Positions 11,251 to 20,217 of a stretch of DNA of 64,000 nt are shown here, in pieces. Under the pieces are notes generated by a model that saw nothing but the letters and a program-made list of their open reading frames with translations, made no database searches and was not told the origin of the DNA. Source of the stretch: an uncultured delta proteobacterium (GTDB lineage: Bacteria > Desulfobacterota > Zymogenia > Zymogenales > Zymogenaceae); NCBI GenBank assembly GCA_963792965.1, contig CAWBYW010000016.1, positions 224,001 through 288,000 of the forward strand, in the 5' to 3' direction. Numbering within the stretch: the stretch's first letter is position 1; every line of letters starts with the position of its first letter. The translations under genes and the position numbers were made by a program.

Positions 11251-11357
11251 AACGTCCGTCGGTGGCCTCGCCCACCCAATTTGTTGCTCCGGCTTGTGCC
11301 CCTCACTCCGGATTCTTCCGTCGACGGCACCGGGCAGGCCGCCGTGCTCTGGATCGT

Positions 11358-12239
11358 TCACCCGTCTCCATCAGGCGCACTACAACACTTGTGCCCGCCT
11401 TCTTTCATCCCCCGGCCACGGGAAGCCCGTGGACCGTCTGTCTTCTGCTTAATCTCTTTCGTGTTAAATACGAATATTACCGCTAAGATGACATACGATA
11501 TGTGAAACAGATTAGAGATAAATAATGACACCAATCCATGCCCTGTTATACGCATTTGAATAATGGCATCCACTATTCCTTTAAAACCGAAGAGAAGGTC
11601 GCGAGGATCGGAAGTATCGGTGCTGCCAATCCACGCGAGTGAAACGGTCATAAGTATAAGATAAGAAAGAAAATAGCCCATATTATGTCGACGCATAAGT
11701 AACACAAGCGCGAACAGAAGTAGGATCATCCTTGTCGAAATATAGAGAATATATAGCAGAGAAGTGTATAAGCTTCTTACTAAATCTACCGTCCCACTAT
11801 ACTTGAATCCATATAGACTACTAATTGCGGGCCATACAGTATAAGTGAGCAGTACTAAGAGAATTAGTGCAGTAGTCTTTATCGGTGTTCTATCCAGTAA
11901 TGATGAGGTATATAGTTTTGTATCAGAAGACAACAAGACAACGAATAGAGAAATGACGGAACTTAAGAAAATAGGCAAGGAGATAAAGGGATGATAGACA
12001 AGGAAGAGGTGATAGATTTCATTTACTCTACTTATGTTTTGTGCTGAAAAGTTAATAAGAAAACAGATACACCCAACCCATACGAACCAGCCCCTCAGAT
12101 TCCCCCTGATCGTGAAAAACAGGGCGACGACGAAGATCGGAACGAATATGAAGGTATAGAGGCTAAAACCGACCGAAGCGGCTATAAAAAGAACATTCAA
12201 GGACGATAAGACATATGCCGTTATGAGTTTCTTATTCAT
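11358..12239 (-). CDS. Multi-pass membrane protein of unknown function (paralogue B)
   Basis: Many hydrophobic segments; AT-rich; N-terminus identical to 12241-13074. Confidence 0.75.
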   Translation of the reverse strand: MNKKLITAYVLSSLNVLFIAASVGFSLYTFIFVPIFVVALFFTIRGNLRGWFVWVGCICFLINFSAQNISRVNEIYHLFLVYHPFISLPIFLSSVISLFVVLLSSDTKLYTSSLLDRTPIKTTALILLVLLTYTVWPAISSLYGFKYSGTVDLVRSLYTSLLYILYISTRMILLLFALVLLMRRHNMGYFLSYLILMTVSLAWIGSTDTSDPRDLLFGFKGIVDAIIQMRITGHGLVSLFISNLFHISYVILAVIFVFNTKEIKQKTDGPRASRGRGMKEGGHKCCSAPDGDG

Positions 12240-12240
12240 G

Positions 12241-13074
12241 CTAAGCCCTTCTCAATAAGAACCGCGTTTGCCCGCCTGTCTTCCGCTTAATCTCTTTAGT
12301 TTTAAGTATGAATAATATCGTTAAGACAAAAGATGATACGTAAAATAGATCATAGACGAATAGCAGCAATTCATGCCCTGTTATGTGTGTGTGAATAATG
12401 GCGCTCAGTAATTTACCGAAACCAAGAAAAAGATAACGAGGATCAGGCGTATAGGTGTTACCGACCCAGGTGAGGGAAATGGTCATAAGTACAAGGTAGG
12501 AAAGAAAATATCCAATATAGCGTCGACGTACGAATAACAGAAAGGCGCTTAGAATCACGATTATTTTCATCGTAATAAAAAAGGTAAGTATCAGAGAAGT
12601 GTAGAAGAGTATTGATAGATCCATCCTGGAATTAAATTCAAATCCATATAGATCAGTGATTACCATCCACAGTGAATATAAAAGCAGCGCAAGTAGGAGG
12701 AACGCCGTAAGTCTCGTAGGTATTCTATCTATCAACGGGGAAGTAATAGACCTTATATCTGAAGACCATAAGACGATGAGTAGCGAGACAAAGGAACTTA
12801 AGAATATAATGAGCGCGACAAAAGGATTATAGACAAAGAAGAACCTGCACATGGGATTTACGCTACTTATGTTCTGCGCCGAAAAATAGATAAGAAAACA
12901 GATACACCCGACCCATACGAACCAGCCCCTCAGATTTCCCCTGATCGTGAAAAACAGGGCAACGACGAAAATCGGAACGAATATGAAGGTATAAAGGCTG
13001 AAACCGACCGAAGCGGCTATGAAGAGCACATTCAAGGACGATAAGACGTACGCCGTTATGAGTTTCTTATTCAT
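12241..13074 (-). CDS. Multi-pass membrane protein of unknown function (paralogue A)
   Basis: Starts MNKKLITAY after an AGAGGG RBS; tandem paralogue of the downstream gene. Confidence 0.75.
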   Translation of the reverse strand: MNKKLITAYVLSSLNVLFIAASVGFSLYTFIFVPIFVVALFFTIRGNLRGWFVWVGCICFLIYFSAQNISSVNPMCRFFFVYNPFVALIIFLSSFVSLLIVLWSSDIRSITSPLIDRIPTRLTAFLLLALLLYSLWMVITDLYGFEFNSRMDLSILFYTSLILTFFITMKIIVILSAFLLFVRRRYIGYFLSYLVLMTISLTWVGNTYTPDPRYLFLGFGKLLSAIIHTHITGHELLLFVYDLFYVSSFVLTILFILKTKEIKRKTGGQTRFLLRRA

Positions 13075-13426
13075 CGTGAACCCTCTAAACAAAAGCTGTT
13101 CAGGCCAAGAAGATCATCGGCGGGGGCTTGCGAGAAGAGGTTGACTATTCGAGCGACATTATACTTTTTATCGGATATTATGATACGGATGACAACCTGT
13201 CAAGTAAAACATGATAGATAAGTTTTTTGGAGGTCTAAAAAAAGAGGTGTCGAGACAGGCGTCTGTCTTTACAGGGAGAGCTAAATCCCTTAGCTTGTTA
13301 CGCTGGCTCGGCGCGGCAATCCGCCGGCTGTCCTATCCGGATGGAGGATTTGCCGCGCGTTTCCGTTTGATTGTTGGCGGGCCAGGCAAGTGAAGGATAG
13401 AGAGGAAGCAGGATTTCGAGAGGCGC

Positions 13427-14092
13427 CTACGGAAATCTGATCGGCTCAAGCGAATCGATCTTCTTCAGGCGCTCTTCGTATTCCTCAAGATACCGCCGTC
13501 TCCCGTCGTCCCCGACCTGGAAGGCGGAGTAGGCCACAAACGGCGGCAGGGCGTGCATGCCGCAAAAATAGAGCACCCCGTGGTTGATGTGATAGAGGAC
13601 CTGGTCCATATCCGTCCCGTGGATGCCGCTTTTCGAGTAGCTCTCGGCGTTGCCGCCGGTCGTCACCACGAGCATCCCTTTTTTGCCGGGAAGGAGCCCC
13701 CTTCTATAGATCTTCTCGAAATCCCATGCGAACCCGGCGGCAAAGACGCGGTCAAACCATCCCTTCAGGATCGCCGGCGCTGAAAACCACCAGACCGGAA
13801 AATGTATCACAACCAGATCGGCCCACGTCAGCTTCTCCTGCTCCTCTTTAATATCCGGCGCAAACAGGCCCTTGGCCGAGGCGTTTCTTTGTTCCATGAG
13901 ATAATTGACCGATGCGGGATTTTCGAGCTCGAGAAAGTCGCGCGTATCGAGAGCGGACTTGAACTCCATCTCATTGAGGTCGGATACGACGACCTCGTTG
14001 CCGCCGCCCCCGAGGATCGAGACGGTCTTTTCCTTCAGGGCGGCGTTAAAGGAATTTTTCTCCGGATGGGCGTACACGACCAGGACGTTCAT
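13427..14092 (-). CDS. NAD(P)H dehydrogenase (quinone), flavodoxin-2 fold
   Basis: VYAHP..SFN, FPVWWFSAPAILKGWFDRV and TTGG motifs. Confidence 0.92.
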   Translation of the reverse strand: MNVLVVYAHPEKNSFNAALKEKTVSILGGGGNEVVVSDLNEMEFKSALDTRDFLELENPASVNYLMEQRNASAKGLFAPDIKEEQEKLTWADLVVIHFPVWWFSAPAILKGWFDRVFAAGFAWDFEKIYRRGLLPGKKGMLVVTTGGNAESYSKSGIHGTDMDQVLYHINHGVLYFCGMHALPPFVAYSAFQVGDDGRRRYLEEYEERLKKIDSLEPIRFP

Positions 14093-14210
14093 GTGCTAAC
14101 CCTCCTGTTCACACCATCTCCCGCTCTTCTTTCCGTCTCCCCCGCCGCTGCGCACGCGAAATCAAGGGTTCCCCGAGATCAATTCCCCCCGCAAATGTTT
14201 GGGTGGTCCA

Positions 14211-15344
14211 TTACGGCAGTCTGACCGTCCTTCCCTTCCATCTGACCCCTTCTCTGGCCATCGAGACCGAGATAGCCTTGCCGATCATCCCAATCCAGAC
14301 GACCGCGCCGATCGGGAAGAAGAGTATCTCCGAAAGGGCAAGCCCGTACCTTCCCGCCGCCGTAAGAAACATGACCATGCCAAGCAGGATGCTCACCACC
14401 GAAATGACCACGGGGGAGACTGTCCACTGGGTCAGCAGCGTATAGGCTACGTTGAAGAACGGGATGACAAAGAGCACCGCGTAGGAGATGAGCGTAAGAA
14501 AGGCGACCGCCAGTGCGCGGTGGGCCGTCGTGTAGTGAAAGCGTGTCAGTCCGTCCCACAGCTCGGGGGGGCCGCCGTACACCTTTGCCCGGGCGATCCC
14601 TCCGCCGGAAAGGAGAACCACCTTTCCGCCCCTTTGCTTGAGGAGCTTTGCCATGTCGGCCCCTTCGCGGAGTGTCTCGCTTGCGCCGCTGTGGCCGCCG
14701 ATCTTCTTGTATGCGCCCCTCTCCACCAGCATGCACTGCCCGTTGGCATAGGCGGCCACCGCTTCCCAGGGCCAGTCCATGGCGTAGGCGGGAAAGAAGA
14801 GGAAGAGCTGGAGGTACATGAACGGCGCAAGGAGTCCCTCCCAGAAACCTTCCTTGGCCTGGTACGGGAGGATCGAGAGGATCCCCGCGCCCGTCTTCTT
14901 TGCGGCGGTTACGAGGTAGGAGAGGGCCCGCCGATCCAGCGCGACGTCGGCGTCAAGAAAGAGAAGGTACTCACCCCGCGACACCTGGGCCGCCTCGTAC
15001 TGCGCATAGGTCTTCCCGAACCAATGCGGGGCGATCGCCCTGCCGCGGAAGACCCGGAGCCGCTGGTTATTGGCGGCGATATTCTCGGCAAGCTGCACGG
15101 TGTTGTCGGTGGAGGCGTCGTCCACGACGATGACCTCGTACCTTGGGTGGTCCTGGGTGAGGGCCGATCTGAGGCACGCCACGATGTTCTTGGATTCGTT
15201 CCGGGTGGGGATAAGGACCGATACGGAGGGGAGGGTGTCGCGTCGCGCTGACTCGATGGGGTCTTTGATGGCCGTCCGATTAGCGATGATATTGATGAAA
15301 AAGACGATCAGGAGAGCCAGGATGACGATACTGAAACTTGCCAC
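14211..15344 (-). CDS. Glycosyltransferase family 2 (CruC/CrtQ/HpnB-like)
   Basis: IP.RNE, VDDASTD, WFGK, FLDAD, ANGQC and WKGR motifs; N- and C-terminal TM segments. Confidence 0.85.
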   Translation of the reverse strand: MASFSIVILALLIVFFINIIANRTAIKDPIESARRDTLPSVSVLIPTRNESKNIVACLRSALTQDHPRYEVIVVDDASTDNTVQLAENIAANNQRLRVFRGRAIAPHWFGKTYAQYEAAQVSRGEYLLFLDADVALDRRALSYLVTAAKKTGAGILSILPYQAKEGFWEGLLAPFMYLQLFLFFPAYAMDWPWEAVAAYANGQCMLVERGAYKKIGGHSGASETLREGADMAKLLKQRGGKVVLLSGGGIARAKVYGGPPELWDGLTRFHYTTAHRALAVAFLTLISYAVLFVIPFFNVAYTLLTQWTVSPVVISVVSILLGMVMFLTAAGRYGLALSEILFFPIGAVVWIGMIGKAISVSMAREGVRWKGRTVRLP

Positions 15345-15649
15345 GATATCCCCCCGCTTTATGACTCATGCATTAATGGATAATAATAGCGTAGGAATGA
15401 CGGGGAGGTCAACTACTTTCTGAGACACCGCCGCACGTCGTGCGGGAAAGGGAAAATGGCAGCGGCTCCGCGCGGCGCCTCGGGCTCGTCGTGGGTGCCT
15501 CGCACCCACCATATACGCGAAACCATCAGGTATCCGGCTGACCAGCTCCGGCCGCTCTGCTCTTTTGAGCAGGTTCCTGTTTTCTCTCGAGGATGGCACG
15601 ATGACGGAGATGTTATGAAGAACGTTTGCGCGCGGGGGAGGCGAAGGCT

Positions 15650-18600
15650 CTATCCCAGGACTTCCCGGACTTTGATAAGGAGGTCGTGCGCGGTAAAAGG
15701 CTTCCCGATAAATCCGAGTGCACCCTTCTGAAGCAGATCGTGGTGCTGGTTTTCCTCGCTGAATCCACTGGCAAGGAGGACTTTGGCCGCGGGGTCTATC
15801 GACAACACCTTTTCGAGAACGGCTCCTCCTCCCATCTCCGGCATCATAATGTCAAGGATGACCAGACCGATGGGTTGTTTTCGCTTCTTAAAAAAGGCTA
15901 TGCCCTCGGCCCCGGAGCGGGCGCGGATGACCTTATATCCGGCGCCGCTCAGGACGGCCCCGACCATCGAGAGGATATCTTCTTCGTCGTCGATTACCAG
16001 GATCGTCTCCGACCCGCCCCTTATCTCCCTGACTCTCTCCGGTATTCTTTCTTCCTGCCTCTCCGATGCCGGGAGATAGATGAGGAATTCGGTCCCCTTT
16101 CCGACTTCACTGTTCACGTCGATGTAGCCGCCGTGTCCCTTGACGATGCCGTAGACGACGCTCAAACCGAGGCCCGTCCCGCCCTTGTCCCTTTTCGTTG
16201 TGAAATAGGGTTCAAATATGTGTCCAAGGGTATCCCTGTCTATCCCCGTTCCCGCGTCGGCAACTCTCACGGATACGTAGCGGCCCGGCTGTATCGTATA
16301 GTTACTTTTCTCTATGCCCTCGGAAATCTCTTCCATGAATGTGCGGATCTGAAGGGTCCCCCCCTCAGGCATGGCGTCCCGCGCGTTTATCACGAGATTC
16401 ATGAGCACCTGATTAATCTGTGAGGCGTCGCCTTCGATCGTTGGCAGACTCTCATCCTTCATTACTTCTATTTTTATTGATTTTTCAAAGGTCTTCGAAA
16501 TGAGGTCGTAGATTTCATCCAAGATATGGTTGATATTGATGCTCCTTTTCTCCAATTTCCCTTTTCGGGAATATGCCAGGAGCTGAGAAGTGAGCTTTGA
16601 GGCCCTGAGCGCCGATTTCTCGATGGCATCCAATCCTTCCGACAACATGTCGCCCTGGGAATATTTATTCTTGAGTAGTGAGGCGTATCCGAGGATCGTC
16701 GCCAGGATGTTATTGAAGTCGTGGGCAATCCCGCCCGTGAGCCTGCCGATCGCTTCCATCTTCTGGGCCGCGAAGAGCTGCTCCTCCATCTTCTTTCTCT
16801 CGGTGATATCCCTTACGCTTCCCTGGAGGCCGATTATCTTGCCGTCCCTGTCTTTCCTGAGGGTCACGGTCACAACGGCATCCACGAACGTGCCGTCGCC
16901 CTTTATCAGCTTCACGGGATAATCTTCGATAAACCCCCGTTCCATCACCTCCCTTACGAATGAGTCTCGCTCCTTTGGCTCGGCGTAGAAATCCCGTATA
17001 TTCATTTTTTTTATTTCGTCCTCGGTGTAACCAAAGAAGGTCTTGCCGGACTCATTGATGTCGATAATTTCCCCGTCGACAGTGCAGATGTACATAAAGT
17101 CTCTTGCGGTTTCAAACAGGTTTCTGAATTTCTCCTCGGATTCCTGCAGGGCATTTACGATTTTCCTGCGTTCTGTCGCGTTCCGCCCTAAACCGTGAAC
17201 CTCGGCGACTCTATCGCCGTCGAAAACAAACCGCTCCCGCGTCTCCAGGATCACCACTTCTCCATTCTTGCTCCTGAACCTGAGCTCAAAAGTGCCGAGG
17301 TCTTCGCCGGCCAGCTGCCTCTTGAATGTCTCTTTAACGAATTGTAGCGAATCCGGCATGAGAAAATCGGTGAACTTCTTTTTTAACAGCTCGTTCTTGG
17401 AATACCCCGAGGCTTTTTCGATGGCCTTGTTGATATATTTAATTTTTCCGGAACCGTCCACGATGTAGATGACATCCTCGATGTTCTCGATGAGATCCCG
17501 GTACCTCTCCTCGGACTCTTTGAGCGCCTCCTCGGCGGCTTTCCTCTCGGTGATATCGTTGAGGAAGCTGAGCACGGCCGGCCGACCCTCCCAGGTTACC
17601 AGTGTGGAACGGACCTCATTCCATCTGATACTTCCGTCCGTACTGTACGTACGAAACGCAAACGGATAAGACAGGTCGCCGCCCCTAAGTCTTTTCAGGT
17701 AGCGCGTTGTCAGTATTTTCCTGTCGTCCGGATGGATGAATTCGATAAATGGCTTCGAGAGCAGCTCCTCCTCCGAATATCCTGAAAGATCACCAGCCTT
17801 CCGATTTAGGAATTTTACCTTTTCATCCTGTGCGACGAGGATGAACTCGCTGGCGTTGTCCACCACGGTGCGATACTTTTCTTCGGACTGCCGGCGGGCA
17901 TCGTCGATGAGCCTCTGCCGGGCCAAGAGCCGGGTGTTTTCGTCAAGCGACACGATCTGCCGTATGACTACCAGGCCGATGACGACCCCCACCCAGATCA
18001 GGAGGGTGGAAAACCTCACCGGCAGCTCGCGGCCATAGCTCGCACTCAAAAGGAGATATGCCGCGCCGAGCCATACGTAGGGAACATAGACAATCCAGGG
18101 CGCCGTCACACGCGCGGGCTGAATCGCGTTCGTTCGATTGTGTGCGCCTGATCCCGCGTCCTTGACCGCATTGGCCTGAAGCACCCCGGCAAGACCGGCA
18201 ACTAAGATGGCTGCACTCCATCCAACGTTTACGTATACCTCGGTCAAGTAGGTCCCGGCATTGACCTGATAACCGTAGATCGCATCGGTGATAATCTGAA
18301 GCGTGATACTTGCCGTAAGGAGCCAGATAGGTCCCCGCACTTGAGTCTCTAATCGGCGTGAGAGGAAAAGGAAAAGAATGATAATGAGGAAGAGGTGTAA
18401 GACCGGGTAGACGACCGAGAACATGACGGTCAAACGGTCCATCCCTCCCATCTTAAGGAGCGGGCTGATCCAGAAGTACCAAAATATCAGGACGGCCGCC
18501 AGCACCACAATGCTTAAGTCTAAAGAAACCTTAAGCCACTCATTTGTTGTCAGACGTTTCACGGGGAGACTCAGGATTCCCCATATAGAAAGTGCGAAAT

Positions 18601-18955
18601 AGAGAAGGTAGAACACGTCGGAAATCGCGGAGGGGAGCGGCGTCCGTCTCAGAACGACCTCTTGGACGAACCAGCCGACGTCACCCAGCGCAATGGCGAT
18701 CTGCGCCAGTGCCAACAGGCCCCAGGCAATGAAGAGCCGGCGCGAATAAACGGCCGAGCGCCGGGCTCCCCAGAAAAGGGCTGCCGCCGCAAGTAAGCCT
18801 ATAGCTGGAGAGAACAGGTCGCCAAAGACGGTGCGTGTCCATTCGCCCATGGTTACGGCGGTGTTCAGCAGCAGATATGCGGGAAAGAGGATTACGAAGA
18901 AGAGGGCCGCGTTGAGCGGGGTAAAGAGACGTAGGGGGGACCTTTTTGTCTTCAT
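15650..18955 (-). CDS. Hybrid sensor histidine kinase (multi-TM N-terminus, 3 PAS, HisKA, HATPase, REC)
   Basis: AHDFNN H-box, NARDA, FEPYFTTK, GTGLGL and a C-terminal receiver; start uncertain. Confidence 0.92.
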   Translation of the reverse strand: MKTKRSPLRLFTPLNAALFFVILFPAYLLLNTAVTMGEWTRTVFGDLFSPAIGLLAAAALFWGARRSAVYSRRLFIAWGLLALAQIAIALGDVGWFVQEVVLRRTPLPSAISDVFYLLYFALSIWGILSLPVKRLTTNEWLKVSLDLSIVVLAAVLIFWYFWISPLLKMGGMDRLTVMFSVVYPVLHLFLIIILFLFLSRRLETQVRGPIWLLTASITLQIITDAIYGYQVNAGTYLTEVYVNVGWSAAILVAGLAGVLQANAVKDAGSGAHNRTNAIQPARVTAPWIVYVPYVWLGAAYLLLSASYGRELPVRFSTLLIWVGVVIGLVVIRQIVSLDENTRLLARQRLIDDARRQSEEKYRTVVDNASEFILVAQDEKVKFLNRKAGDLSGYSEEELLSKPFIEFIHPDDRKILTTRYLKRLRGGDLSYPFAFRTYSTDGSIRWNEVRSTLVTWEGRPAVLSFLNDITERKAAEEALKESEERYRDLIENIEDVIYIVDGSGKIKYINKAIEKASGYSKNELLKKKFTDFLMPDSLQFVKETFKRQLAGEDLGTFELRFRSKNGEVVILETRERFVFDGDRVAEVHGLGRNATERRKIVNALQESEEKFRNLFETARDFMYICTVDGEIIDINESGKTFFGYTEDEIKKMNIRDFYAEPKERDSFVREVMERGFIEDYPVKLIKGDGTFVDAVVTVTLRKDRDGKIIGLQGSVRDITERKKMEEQLFAAQKMEAIGRLTGGIAHDFNNILATILGYASLLKNKYSQGDMLSEGLDAIEKSALRASKLTSQLLAYSRKGKLEKRSININHILDEIYDLISKTFEKSIKIEVMKDESLPTIEGDASQINQVLMNLVINARDAMPEGGTLQIRTFMEEISEGIEKSNYTIQPGRYVSVRVADAGTGIDRDTLGHIFEPYFTTKRDKGGTGLGLSVVYGIVKGHGGYIDVNSEVGKGTEFLIYLPASERQEERIPERVREIRGGSETILVIDDEEDILSMVGAVLSGAGYKVIRARSGAEGIAFFKKRKQPIGLVILDIMMPEMGGGAVLEKVLSIDPAAKVLLASGFSEENQHHDLLQKGALGFIGKPFTAHDLLIKVREVLG

Positions 18956-19086
18956 CAGCGGTGCCCCTGTAAAGGAAATGAAAGTCGCGCCGATAGGGCT
19001 ATGGTTCAGCTCCGGTAAGTCGGATATCAATCGGCACGCGCTGTCTCGTTTTTCGTGAACGAATTGTTTCGGTGTACATCACTGTA

Positions 19087-19351
19087 TCAAAACTTATTAC
19101 GCGTTTCAAGGTATTTAGTGACCCACCGGCCCCACGCTCCTCCGCCCGGTGTCAGGCCAGTGTGCGCCCTGAAGTTGTCTCGGCTGACCGTTATTAATTC
19201 GACCCCGGGACGGTCCTCTCCGAGTTGATCGGCGGTAACGGTTACAAGCGGCGTATCGTCCTCCACAAGGAGGACTTTTTTCTTGCGCCGGCATCTTGCG
19301 CATAAACTGTGCGTCGTCCACGATCAAAACCCGTATCTTCTTATCGATCAT
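19087..19351 (-). pseudogene. Fused remnants of two receiver-domain genes
   Basis: MIDKKIRVLIVDDAQFMRKM (CheB/CheY-like start), then in the +1 frame KKKVLLVEDDTPLVTVTADQL...; neither continues as a full REC domain. Confidence 0.55.
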
Positions 19352-19737
19352 GTTCCCCGTTGTCCTCGAAGGGCTCGCTCGATGAGCTCGGCGAGGCTTT
19401 CCATAAGAAACGGTTTCTCGATGTATCCGTACAGGCCCTCTTTTTGAAGGAGCCGCATCTCCTTGGTTTTGAAACTCTCCGACAGGAGGATAGTCTTCAG
19501 CTCGGGATGCCGCCCCTTGAGCTCAAAAAAAAGATTGACCCCGCCCATCCCCGGAAGCGAGGTATCGGTAATGACAAGATCATATGTCCTTTTGTTGATG
19601 AGCGAGAGAGCGCTTTCCCCGCTTGCCGCCACTGAAATCGTCACCGTCGGAAATTCCCTTTCGATATTGGCCCTCAAGAAGTCAGCGTATACGGTCTCTT
19701 TGTTGACGATGAGAACCTTCTGAGCCGTTCGTTTCAT
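19348..19737 (-). CDS. Single-domain response regulator (atypical acidic pocket)
   Basis: REC fold: KVLIVNKE (no DD), LVITD, LPGMGG and EKPF. Confidence 0.82.
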   Translation of the reverse strand: MKRTAQKVLIVNKETVYADFLRANIEREFPTVTISVAASGESALSLINKRTYDLVITDTSLPGMGGVNLFFELKGRHPELKTILLSESFKTKEMRLLQKEGLYGYIEKPFLMESLAELIERALRGQRGT

Positions 19738-19845
19738 GAAACAACCACCCGTGGAAGCGGAGTTATCGTGTAAGACGCCTTCACATGCCGCATATCATGG
19801 ACGCTCTCAAGTGAGTAAGCACAAGCCGGCGCCGCCTCTGTTCAA

Positions 19846-19860
19846 GCAATTAATATGCCA
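19846..19860 (-). promoter_or_regulatory. sigma-54 (-24/-12) promoter
   Basis: Minus strand TGGCATATTAATTGC = GG-N10-GC consensus. Confidence 0.8.
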
Positions 19861-19915
19861 TCGCGGGAAGCGGCGAAAAAGTCACCGCTCCCTCCCGACA
19901 AAAAAGCAGTAATGA

Positions 19916-20093
19916 TATCGATAAGTTAGACAAGGGATAAATCTGACTGCTCGATGACGGAGGGAGCGAGAGCGGGGTGTGAAAGATATTTTGCAGCCCT
20001 GCCTCGCCTGCTTGAGGGCGGGACCTGTATCTATAATGAAATCAAGCGGTTATGCCGTGGCCGGAAAAAGATGTGCGCAGATATTATTTTGCA
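19916..20093. promoter_or_regulatory. Enhancer region: IHF sites and two candidate activator-binding palindromes
   Basis: TATCGATAAGTTA (19916-28) and AATCAAGCGGTTA (20040-52) fit WATCAANNNNTTR; TGTGAAAGATATTTTGCA (19978-95) and CGCAGATATTATTTTGCA (20076-93). Confidence 0.6.
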
Positions 20094-20217
20094 CCCGGTT
20101 TCAAAAAACCTGATGCTATCGGTGTTTTGCGTCTGAAGGTTACGGATCACGTCAGGATCAAAGAGAGGGGAGAGGGTGCCTGTCTCAAGGTCCTTCAAGC
20201 GGGGACCCCGGCTCGGC

